From: an uncultured Acidobacteriaceae bacterium
GTDB lineage: Bacteria; Acidobacteriota; Terriglobia; Terriglobales; Acidobacteriaceae
NCBI GenBank assembly: GCA_963828325.1
Contig: CAWHEK010000026.1
Span: forward strand, 134,559 to 198,558
Direction of reading: 5' to 3'
DNA length: 64,000 nt
Shown here: positions 38,016-45,820 of the stretch, piece by piece
How positions within the stretch are numbered: position 1 is the first letter of the stretch
Layout: every line of letters begins with the position of its first letter
Made by a program: the position numbers and the translations under genes
Notes under the pieces: model-generated
The model's input: the letters and a program-made list of their open reading frames with translations, nothing else
Databases searched by the model: none
What the model was told of the DNA's origin: nothing

Positions 38016-38705
38016 CTATAAATCATGTTGAGTCGCTCCTTGATCGATGGATGCGACGCGGCCGGCATGAAGGGTGATGACGAAGTCGGCGATGGGAACG
38101 GCGAGTTCGCGTTGATGGGTGGTGAGGACGATGGTGCGGTCGGACTGGCGGAAGCCGGCGAGGAGGGCGACCATCTGGCGAGCGCTTTCCACATCCATGT
38201 TGGAGAAAGGCTCGTCGAGCAGAAGCAGCTCGGGGACGGAAAGAAGCACGCGGGCGAGCGAGGTGCGCTGGCGCATGCCCTGCGAATATTGGCCGAAGAG
38301 GCGATTGAGTTCGGGATCGAGGCCGACCTGTCGAAGAGCTTCAGCGGGGGTGAGGCAGGGGCGGCCGGAATAGAGACTGCTGAAGTAGCGAAGGTTTTCC
38401 TGTGCGGTGAGCTCGTCGTAAAGCATGGGCGCGTGGCTCATGTAGCCGATGCGGGCGCGGGCTTCATGGGGCTGTGATTCGCCGAAGACGCTGACCGTGC
38501 CATGCGTGGGGCGGAGAAGGCCGGCAAGAATCCGCAGAAGCGTGGACTTTCCGGCACCGTTCTCGCCGAGGAGGACGTAGCAGCGGCCGGGCTCGAACGA
38601 GAGAGAAACCTGGCGAAGGGCGGCAAAGCTGCCGAAGAGCTTGGACACCTTATCGAGTCGGGCGCACTGAATTGAGCGGCCGGCTTCGGTGGCGTTCGTT
38701 GTCAT
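38016..38705 (-). CDS. ccmA: heme exporter ATP-binding protein CcmA
   Basis: ORF-track ORF 38016..39071 overlaps ccmE, so I prefer the ATG at 38705. Walker A GENGAGKST, ABC signature, Walker B LLLLDEP. Confidence 0.85.
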   Translation of the reverse strand: MTTNATEAGRSIQCARLDKVSKLFGSFAALRQVSLSFEPGRCYVLLGENGAGKSTLLRILAGLLRPTHGTVSVFGESQPHEARARIGYMSHAPMLYDELTAQENLRYFSSLYSGRPCLTPAEALRQVGLDPELNRLFGQYSQGMRQRTSLARVLLSVPELLLLDEPFSNMDVESARQMVALLAGFRQSDRTIVLTTHQRELAVPIADFVITLHAGRVASIDQGATQHDL

Positions 38706-38709
38706 TCGA

Positions 38710-39234
38710 TCAGTTGGCGGCGGTCTGGGCGGAGGCGGGAGGCGCCGGAGCCGATGCGGTGTTGGGCTTGGAGGCGGGCGGCGTGGCGGGGCTGGAAGGC
38801 GATGCGCCGGGCTGCTGCGGAGCGTATTTGCTGGCGCACTTGGCCTGAAGAACCGTGGCGTAAAAGACTCCGTCGGGGCGGTAGCTGCCCTCGGCGATGG
38901 CCTCCGAATCATCTTTGAAAGTGTCGGGCGGCGGCTCGGAGCCGCTGTAGACGACCTTGAGCACGCGGCCGGTGCTCGCCTTCGGCGAGTGGCTCTCGTA
39001 TTCGTTGATGATGAACGTGACGTGGGGGCCACTCTGCACGATCGAACCCGGCTGCACAAACCCGTCGACACGAATATTGCGTTTGTAGGCGATGTTGCCC
39101 ATCGCGTACAGCTCGGGAACCTTGACGAAGTAGCTCTTATTTGAGCTGTAGCCGGTGAAAGCGAGCCAGGCCACCGTGCCGAGGATTACGACGACGGCGG
39201 CGCCAATGCGGAGAGTGTTCGGTGCAATCTTCAT
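38710..39234 (-). CDS. ccmE: cytochrome c maturation heme chaperone CcmE, Cys (CxxxY) variant
   Basis: N-terminal TM followed by an OB-fold (IRVDGFVQPGSIV...). The heme-binding position reads VLQAKCASKYAP, whereas E. coli has VLAKHDENYTP. Ala/Pro-rich tail. Stop is 4 nt from the ccmA start. Confidence 0.8.
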   Translation of the reverse strand: MKIAPNTLRIGAAVVVILGTVAWLAFTGYSSNKSYFVKVPELYAMGNIAYKRNIRVDGFVQPGSIVQSGPHVTFIINEYESHSPKASTGRVLKVVYSGSEPPPDTFKDDSEAIAEGSYRPDGVFYATVLQAKCASKYAPQQPGASPSSPATPPASKPNTASAPAPPASAQTAAN

Positions 39235-39285
39235 GGTGATCCAACTTCAACGATACGAGTGTGAGGGATGGGGGGTCAAATTCGA

Positions 39286-39301
39286 CGTGATTTAGATCAC
39301 A
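39286..39301. promoter_or_regulatory. CRP-type palindrome CGTGATTTAGATCACA
   Basis: 9/10 match to TGTGA-N6-TCACA, 52-67 nt upstream of the ccmE ATG. Same core as the site at 21008-21023. Confidence 0.5.
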
Positions 39302-39324
39302 TAAGGCAGGGGCCAAGGAAACAA

Positions 39325-39748
39325 GGGGCTGCGGGACTACGGGACTACGGGACTACGGGACTACGGGACTGCGGGACTACGGGACTACGGGGCTGCGGGA
39401 CTACGGGGCTACGAGACTACGGGGCTACGGGGGTACGGGGGTACGGGACTACGGGGCTACGAGACTACGGGGCTACGGGGGTACGGGGGTACGGGACTAC
39501 GGGGCTACGGGGGTACGGGGGTACGGGACTACGGGACTACGGGGCTGCGAGACTACGGGGCTACGGGGGTACGGGACGCGGGGCTACGGGGCTGCGGGAC
39601 TACGGGACTACGGGGCTACGAGACTACGGGACTACGGGGGTACGGGACTACGGGACTACGGGGCTGCGAGACTACGGGGCTACGGGGGTACGGGACGCGG
39701 GGCTCCGCGACGTCGGGATCGAGGGTACGGGGGTGCGGGGCGCGGGCG
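39325..39748. repeat. octanucleotide tandem repeat (GGGACTAC and variants GGGGCTAC, GGGGGTAC, GAGACTAC, GGGACTGC), about 50 units
   Basis: Direct reading shows an 8-nt period with a higher-order ~48-nt periodicity. G3 tracts recur every 8 nt on the + strand. Confidence 0.95.
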
Positions 39749-39880
39749 AGCCTGATTATTGGCTGCGGCGGGCGTTTCCGGCCCGGCCGCAATAGCTACG
39801 CTCAGACACTCTAACGGGCTGGAGTGCGGTGGCAACGAGCGGCAGAATTCCGGCCGCGATCAGACCGAGTTCGATCATCA
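39746..39880 (-). CDS. candidate small membrane peptide (44 aa)
   Basis: Hand translation: MVALMIELGLIAAGILPLVATALQPVRVSERSYCGRAGNARRSQ*. One hydrophobic helix plus a basic tail. GGGGG lies upstream of the ATG. Below the ORF-track size cutoff. Confidence 0.25.
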
Positions 39881-39896
39881 AGGCAACCATAGGACC

Positions 39897-40007
39897 CCCA
39901 GGGAGCTCACCATCCAAGCTTGCTGCGCCTTTGGGATCGGCTGCGATGGCGCGTCGCCAGAATCGGCGGCGAAAGAATCATCGCAACGAAGGCCAAGGCA
40001 AGAAGCA
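39897..40007 (-). CDS. candidate small membrane peptide (36 aa)
   Basis: Hand translation: MIDLLLALAFVAMILSPPILATRHRSRSQRRSKLGW*. GGAG lies ~10 nt upstream of the ATG. One TM segment plus a basic tail. Confidence 0.25.
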
Positions 40008-40233
40008 AGTCAATCATTGAAGGAAAACTCCACATAGGCTGTTGGGCCATCGTTCGAGCTCAATCAGCTTGCGAGATGGACGATAGCGCCGCGTTACAAC
40101 AATGTGAAATGGCGCATCGGTGGCAGAGCGTGGCCTGTTGGGGGCAGCGTGGGTTGCGCCTTCCGGGGTAGGTCTGGATTCCCTTTGGAATCAGTTGCGT
40201 GCGGGGTATTGCGTTCACAGCAGCACTTCTGAC

Positions 40234-40665
40234 TCAGGCGGACATGAGTAGTACGGCTCCCAAAAACGACAAGGCGGCAACGACGAGCGCGCAAACCATC
40301 AGGAGCCGCCGACCGTCGCCTTTGGATTGAAATGCCAGGCAAGCGGAAGCGAGAAACAATCCAGCGGAAATGACCATCACCGCCGGAACGGAATGCGGAT
40401 GCGCGTCGCACCACCGATCGAATGCCGACCTGTCCGACGCGTCAAACGAGCTGACGGCGAACAAGGACGCGAAAACGAGGCCACAGGCGGCTGCAAACAC
40501 GTTTCTTGCGCGAAGGAGAGTTTTTCCTGCGGGAGTGATCGTCCACAAATCTGTCTCGGCTGACACAGAATTCCAACACGCTAACAAAACGATAAAACTG
40601 ATGATCGACAAGAGCAGGAGAACCACAAGGGCAATAAACCAGTAGTTCACCCAACCACTTCCCAT
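40234..40665 (-). CDS. hypothetical integral membrane protein (4 TM)
   Basis: 143-aa ORF with four hydrophobic segments. No family recognised. Confidence 0.5.
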   Translation of the reverse strand: MGSGWVNYWFIALVVLLLLSIISFIVLLACWNSVSAETDLWTITPAGKTLLRARNVFAAACGLVFASLFAVSSFDASDRSAFDRWCDAHPHSVPAVMVISAGLFLASACLAFQSKGDGRRLLMVCALVVAALSFLGAVLLMSA

Positions 40666-40830
40666 TTCTGCTCCTTCCGGCCCAACGCTCAGATCACGCA
40701 GTCATCCCGGGGGCGAACCAACCCATTGTGACACTTCCATCTCCTAAAATCGCGAGACTTTTCTGGGGTGGAGAGGCCGATTCTTCGGCTGGTCGTTCGT
40801 TTTTTCGGGGGAATTGAATTGTCCTTGTAG

Positions 40831-42969
40831 TCAGCGCGCAGCGTTCAGTGCGTTCTCTGCGCGATCGAGGGCCTGGGCGAGTACCACGAGCTGCTGGGCG
40901 GCAAGGTTCGGATCGCGAGCATCGATGGCCTCATTGACGCCGGGGATGACGACCGCGGCATAGCCGGTGAGCATGCCGGGAGCGTAGATGGTGTGGCGAT
41001 ACCAAGGACGGCCGGGAAGGCCGGAATCAGAGAGGAAGGCCGTCTCAGCTTGCCGGAGAGCGAGATTCAGCGGAGCGGGATCGCCGGATGGAGCCAACTG
41101 AAGGGCGTGAACCCGCTGGGCTGCGGCGGTGAAACGCGAGGCGGCGGCTTCAGCGGGGGCGAAGTCGAGAGAGCCGAGGCCGTTGTCGGCGGCTTTGCGT
41201 TTTGCGGCTTGAATGTAGGCGGAGATTTCGCGCGCGTAGGCGACATAGTCGAGGGGCAGCACATCGGCATCGGCCATGCGCATGGCTTCAACGCCAAGCA
41301 CGCGGGCGATTTCCTGCAAGTAGAGGAAATCGGGATCGGCGTTTTTGGTGTACCAGGCCATGTCGTCAAATGCGGAGTGGTAGACGCCGTAAGGACCGTT
41401 GGAGGTGATCTCCGCCGAAGGAACGCCGGCGTGCTGCAGAAAGGGCGAGAAGTCCGATCCGGAGCCGAGATCGCCGAGGGGAACTTCTTCACCCTGAGCG
41501 AGCGGCGCGTTTGAATCATGGTGCTCTTGAGCGCCGAGAGACTTGCGGCGCCACTGGACGAAGACCGAATCGGCCACGGGACTAGGAACGGATCGGGCAA
41601 TGTCGCGGATAAACTCCTTGAGCGAGGGCACGGCCGAGGCAGCGAAATCGGGCCCGGCGACAGCGATATCGACATTGAAGTAGGCAACGGCCTGGTCGAG
41701 CGCGCGACCCTGCTGCTCGACCCATTCGGTGGAACCGACCAGGCCTTCTTCTTCCGCGTCCCAACTGCAGAAGATGATGGTGCGGCGCGGCCGCCAGCCC
41801 TGATGGAGCAGAGCACCAATGCCGCGAACGGCTTCAAGCATGGAGGCGGTGCCGCTGGAGGGATCGACTGCGCCATAGACCCAAGCGTCACGATGATTGC
41901 CGACGATGACTGAAGCGCCGGGATCCTGGGCTCCTTCAATTTTCCCGATGACGTCCCAGATGATGCGGCGCTGGTAATCCTGATCGGAGACGAGGTGGAC
42001 CTTCGCTCCGCCGGGACCGAGGTGATAGCGGAACGGCAGGGCGCCTTGCCAGCCTTGAGGTGCGCCTGGCCCGGCGAGCGCCTGGAGAATCGGAGCCGCG
42101 TCATGCCAGCTGATGGGAATGGAGATGATGCTCGGCTGGTCGCCATCGGGGCCCGTGAAATTGGTGACGCGAGCCGAGTCTGGCAGATCGGGCGTGGAAG
42201 CGACGCCGGGAGTTTCGGGATCGCCGGGATAGCGGAAGATGTAGTCCACTGACCCGCGCTGCACGCCGGTGTCAGGACGCCAGGGACCGATGGGATACGG
42301 GTCGCCTTTGTAAAAGCCGTCGTCCTGCGGGTCGGAGTAAATGAGCACGCCAACGGCGCCATGCTGCTCAGCGAGATAAACTTTGACGCCGCGAAAGTTG
42401 GAGCCGTAGCGGCAGAGAATGATTTTGCCGTGAACGTCGATGTGCTGCGCGGCAAGCTCGCTGAAGTCATCAGGACGGCAGTAGTTTCCGTAGACGGCCT
42501 GGGCGGTTACGTCGCCGGAACCCGAAGAGCTGTTATAGGGCATAACGATACGGGGATTGCCCTGATCGGGATCGCCATTCACGTGCTCGCGAGTGGGGCC
42601 GGTCATGAGCAAATGGCCAGCCGCGTCCCAAGCCTCGACGCGGACGACTTTGGGATAGTCGAGCAGGACGCGATAGGGAACGATCTCGGTATCGAGGCCT
42701 GCAGCGCGGAATTTGCGCGCAACGAATTCGGCGGTTTTGTAATCCTCGGGAGTCGCGGCAAGATGCGGCTCGGCGGTGAGCGTTTTGAGGTCATCGCCGG
42801 CCTGTTTGGGATCGGGCACGGCGAGGAATTTGGCTTCAAGTTTGGCTTCCGCGTCGAAGTCGGTATAGCCGAAGCCGCCCTGGGGAACGACCTGCGCGGG
42901 CGATGGATGCGACCAGACTCCAGCAGCCCCGGCGAGGAACGCGGACGCAAATGCAGCGCGCAACTTCAT
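40831..42969 (-). CDS. M28 family peptidase, glutamate carboxypeptidase II/transferrin-receptor-like (PA, M28 and TFR-dimer domains)
   Basis: Signal peptide. PA-domain block GKIILCRYGSNFRGVKVYLAEQHGAVGVLIYSDP. Zinc-site region GNHRDAWVYGAVDPSSG...WDAEEEGLVGSTEW. C-terminal helical domain. Confidence 0.85.
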   Translation of the reverse strand: MKLRAAFASAFLAGAAGVWSHPSPAQVVPQGGFGYTDFDAEAKLEAKFLAVPDPKQAGDDLKTLTAEPHLAATPEDYKTAEFVARKFRAAGLDTEIVPYRVLLDYPKVVRVEAWDAAGHLLMTGPTREHVNGDPDQGNPRIVMPYNSSSGSGDVTAQAVYGNYCRPDDFSELAAQHIDVHGKIILCRYGSNFRGVKVYLAEQHGAVGVLIYSDPQDDGFYKGDPYPIGPWRPDTGVQRGSVDYIFRYPGDPETPGVASTPDLPDSARVTNFTGPDGDQPSIISIPISWHDAAPILQALAGPGAPQGWQGALPFRYHLGPGGAKVHLVSDQDYQRRIIWDVIGKIEGAQDPGASVIVGNHRDAWVYGAVDPSSGTASMLEAVRGIGALLHQGWRPRRTIIFCSWDAEEEGLVGSTEWVEQQGRALDQAVAYFNVDIAVAGPDFAASAVPSLKEFIRDIARSVPSPVADSVFVQWRRKSLGAQEHHDSNAPLAQGEEVPLGDLGSGSDFSPFLQHAGVPSAEITSNGPYGVYHSAFDDMAWYTKNADPDFLYLQEIARVLGVEAMRMADADVLPLDYVAYAREISAYIQAAKRKAADNGLGSLDFAPAEAAASRFTAAAQRVHALQLAPSGDPAPLNLALRQAETAFLSDSGLPGRPWYRHTIYAPGMLTGYAAVVIPGVNEAIDARDPNLAAQQLVVLAQALDRAENALNAAR

Positions 42970-43041
42970 AAAGTGGCCCTTCGAGCGACGTGATCTCCCA
43001 GAGAGTGCATCAGAATTGCCTGTGTAGAATCCGGTTGTTCT

Positions 43042-43135
43042 CCTCAGGGGTTAAAACCCCGAATTCTTGCCGACTTTTTTTGGCCCGCGACCCACCCACT
43101 GGGTGGGTGCCCCGGCCGTGCCCTTGTTACAAGGC
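43042..43135. repeat. interspersed hairpin repeats
   Basis: CCTCAGGGGTTAAAACCCC hairpin and CCCACCCACTGGGTGGGTGCCCC hairpin downstream of mscL. Confidence 0.75.
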
Positions 43136-43157
43136 TGATTTTTGAAACACGCTCCAC

Positions 43158-43556
43158 TCAGGCGACGGGCTGTGCGCAGTGGGCGCAGCGGTGCGCCGCC
43201 ACCGGAATTTCGCTCAGGCATTCCGGGCAGTTTTTGGTGGTGGGAGCGGCGTCGTGCTTCTTCATCCGCGCCTGCACCATGTTCATGGGGAGAACAATGA
43301 AGAGATACACGACCAAGGCCACGATAAGGAACGAGACGGCGGCATTGAAGAAGTTGCCGACCTTGATTTCGCCGCCGCCCACATGCAGAATCACGCTGCT
43401 GAAATCGGGCTTGCCAACCGTGGCGGCGATCAATGGGTTCAATACGTCGGCCACAAGCGAGCTAATGATGGCATTGAATGCGGCGCCAATAATTACGGCC
43501 ACTGCGAGGTCGACTACGTTTCCGCGAAAGATAAAATCGCGAAATCCTTTGAACAT
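43158..43556 (-). CDS. mscL: large-conductance mechanosensitive channel MscL with C-terminal zinc-ribbon-like tail
   Basis: MFKGFRDFIFRGNVVDLAVAVIIGAAFNAIISSLVADVLNPLI is canonical MscL. The C-terminus is CPECLSEIPVAAHRCAHC. Confidence 0.9.
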   Translation of the reverse strand: MFKGFRDFIFRGNVVDLAVAVIIGAAFNAIISSLVADVLNPLIAATVGKPDFSSVILHVGGGEIKVGNFFNAAVSFLIVALVVYLFIVLPMNMVQARMKKHDAAPTTKNCPECLSEIPVAAHRCAHCAQPVA

Positions 43557-43749
43557 GGATTCCTCCGTTAAATTTCAGGTTCAACGAGCGGCTGCGGCGG
43601 TGGCGAGGAACTGGCCAGTGCGAGAGCAACAGATTGAACACTTTGAATGCTACACGGGGAAGCGGCATGATGCATCAAGCCGAGGTTGTCGCGTTAATGA
43701 CGCGGGGATGGAGGAGTGCGGGCGGGACGCCCGCACGACAGCCGGCGAG

Positions 43750-43786
43750 CCACCCCAGCGACGAGGACCTGTCGCTGGAGACCCCG
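43750..43786. repeat. copy of the CACCCCAGCGACGAGGACCTGTCGC-GG-GACCCCG hairpin module
   Basis: Near-identical to the copies at 37774-37810 and 35980-36016. Confidence 0.85.
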
Positions 43787-43918
43787 GGCGAGGACGCCGG
43801 CGTTCCATGAAGGGGACCTGCGCCACATCCGCGAGTGGCGCCACGTTCCAGTCGTGGGGCACTCTGCCATGCTGCACGGGGAAGCGGCACCATTGCAGTG
43901 AGCGGCGCAGGCTGGGGG

Positions 43919-44212
43919 CTATGAGACTGCAAGCATGACCACAATGGTGGCGAGAATCATGAGGTTGGCATAGAGGAGGAGGAGCACGCCCGCGTGATAG
44001 AGGCTCCATTTGCGCTGAAGGCAGCGTGCAGTTTCGGCCATGCCCCAGGCGGCAACCAGCAAAGCGAGAATCTGCCACCAGGAGCCATGAAGATTTTCGA
44101 TATACGGAAAGCCGGCCAGGCGCAGGCTGGCAGCAAAAGCGCCCAATGAAAGGAGGATGGCGCGGGGGAGCGATTTCTGGCGCAAACGGAAGATCGAGAG
44201 GAGGTGATGCAC
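43919..44212 (-). CDS. hypothetical small membrane protein
   Basis: 97-aa ORF with three hydrophobic segments. No family recognised. Confidence 0.35.
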   Translation of the reverse strand: MHHLLSIFRLRQKSLPRAILLSLGAFAASLRLAGFPYIENLHGSWWQILALLVAAWGMAETARCLQRKWSLYHAGVLLLLYANLMILATIVVMLAVS

Positions 44213-44241
44213 AACTCTTCAATGTATCGCGGCGGGTGCAG

Positions 44242-44339
44242 TGGGTCAGTTTGAAAGGTACTTCCGTCGGGGCTAAGGCCCCAAATCATTTTGCTCGGTG
44301 AATGTACGGGCTGAAGCCCGTACCCTTCAAACTGACCCA
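44242..44339. mobile_element. 98-bp MITE-like element with 20-bp terminal inverted repeats
   Basis: TGGGTCAGTTTGAAAGGTAC ... GTACCCTTCAAACTGACCCA (19/20 complementary). Encloses GGGGCTAAGGCCCC and GTACGGGCTGAAGCCCGTAC hairpins. Related copies lie at 50202-50300 and 48677-48886. Confidence 0.7.
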
Positions 44340-44454
44340 TTAATGCGGCGGCGACTGATGCGATAAGCGGGACAGGGGGTGATAGACTTTTTGAGCCCGG
44401 TTCAGGGTTCCCCGAATATCCAATCACCCGAAGGGCAAATGAGGAGGTCATTCC

Positions 44455-45478
44455 ATGTCTGCAGGTTCTCAAGCGGCACCGCTCAATCCACGCATCGTTT
44501 TCGAAATGTTGCAGGCGCACCAATCCACCGCGGCACTGAAGGCAGCCATTGATCTGGACATCTTCAGGGCAGTGGGCCAGGGGCCGGGCGATGTGGCATC
44601 GATTGCCAAGCACGCGAAAGCTTCGGAGCGCGGCACGCGTATCCTGTGCGATTTTCTGGTGATCAATGGAGTGCTGGCCAAGGAGAACGGCCACTACAAA
44701 CACACGCCATCGAGCGCGGCGTTTCTGGATCCGGCGTCGCCAGCGTGTATGGCTTCAATGGCTGACTTCATCAGCTCGCCGGAATTTGTGGAATCAATGA
44801 AACACCTGGCGGATATTGTGCGCACCGGACGAACGCATTTGCCCGGCCAGGGAACCGTTGAGCCAGAGAACCCAATTTGGGTGGAATTCGCCGAGAAGAT
44901 GGCGCCGATGATGGCTCCCATGGCCGCTCCGCTGGGCAAGGTTGTGCTGAATGGTAGCGAAGGGCCGGTGCGTGTTCTGGATATTGCGGCGGGACATGGG
45001 CTGTTCGGGATTGAGATTGCGAAACAGAATCCAAATGCCAAAGTTACGGGGCTGGACTGGGCGCCGGTGCTGCGCGTGGCGCTGAAGAATGCAGAGAAGG
45101 CCGGAGTGAAGGACCGCTACGACATGCTGCCGGGAAGCGCATTCGAAGTGGACTTTAAGGGGCCGTACGATGCGGTGCTGCTGACGAATTTTCTGCATCA
45201 CTTTGACAAGGCGACGAACGTTGGAACTTCTCAAGAAGGTTCGGGCGGCACTGAAGCCGGGCGGACGCGCGGCGACGCTGGAGTTTGTGCCGAACGAGGA
45301 TCGCGTGTCGCCGCCGATGGCAGCGGCGTTCAGCATGACGATGCTGGTTTCGACTGAATCGGGCGACGCGTACACGTTTGCGGAGCTAAAAGCGATGTAT
45401 GACGACGCCGGATTCAAGAATGTGACGGAACATCCGATTCCGATGAGCCCGCACACGGTGGTGATGGGGACGGCGTAG
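44455..45478 (+). pseudogene. class I SAM-dependent O-methyltransferase, interrupted by a 1-nt frameshift (or a sequencing indel)
   Basis: ORF 44455..45357 carries the dimerisation part and the SAM motif VLDIAAGHGLFG and ...LLTNFLHHFDKATNV. The family sequence then continues in ORF 45203..45478 as ELLKKVRAALKPGGRAATLEF... The shift is at GTTGGAAC near 45217-45224. Strong GAGGAGG RBS. Confidence 0.75.
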
Positions 45479-45499
45479 GGGGACCAGCTTGTAGCCAGG

Positions 45500-45522
45500 A
45501 TGATAGCGGATTGTGCTATCAT
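45500..45522. promoter_or_regulatory. perfect inverted repeat ATGATAGC-N7-GCTATCAT upstream of hicA (candidate antitoxin operator)
   Basis: Two 8-bp arms, about 45 nt upstream of the hicA ATG. Confidence 0.4.
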
Positions 45523-45565
45523 TGTGATGGTATGCTTCGGGTTAATCGGTTAGGATTCTCCCGAC

Positions 45566-45820
45566 ATGAAAAAGGCACATCAGGTCACTCTGGACGCCAT
45601 CTTCTCGCGCCCAACGAAAGCGAACATTCGTTGGTCTGCCGTTGAATCTTTGATTCGCGCTTTGGGGGGCGAGATCAGCCAGCGAGAAGGTAGCCGCGTG
45701 GCCGCCCGGTTAAATGGAGTGATCGCTGTCTTTCATCGACCACACCCTCGGCCGGAGACCAAGAAGGGAGCGGTCGAGGCTGTGCGGCAGTTTCTTCTAA
45801 ACGCGGGGGTAAAGCCATGA
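45566..45820 (+). CDS. hicA: HicA-like toxin (type II toxin-antitoxin)
   Basis: 84 aa; ...FHRPHPRPETKKGAVEAVRQFLLNAGV resembles the HicA C-terminal fold. Shares a 4-nt ATGA overlap with the hicB-like gene. Confidence 0.55.
   Translation: MKKAHQVTLDAIFSRPTKANIRWSAVESLIRALGGEISQREGSRVAARLNGVIAVFHRPHPRPETKKGAVEAVRQFLLNAGVKP

Noticed and set aside
38706-39071. N-terminal extension of ccmA (ORF 38016..39071), and similar extensions of ORFs 15665..17047, 52722..54512, 28701..29912, 61483..63129 and 48970..50157
   Set aside because: The extensions overlap the upstream genes or are Pro/Arg-rich nonsense. In each case an internal ATG or GTG coincides with where family homology begins, often with an RBS.
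39268-39795. 175-aa ORF encoding a (GTTGLRDY)n repeat protein
   Set aside because: The ORF is an automatic consequence of an 8-nt repeat that has no stop triplets on the + strand. It has no convincing RBS, and its start lies in the ccmE promoter region. I treat it as non-coding repeat DNA.
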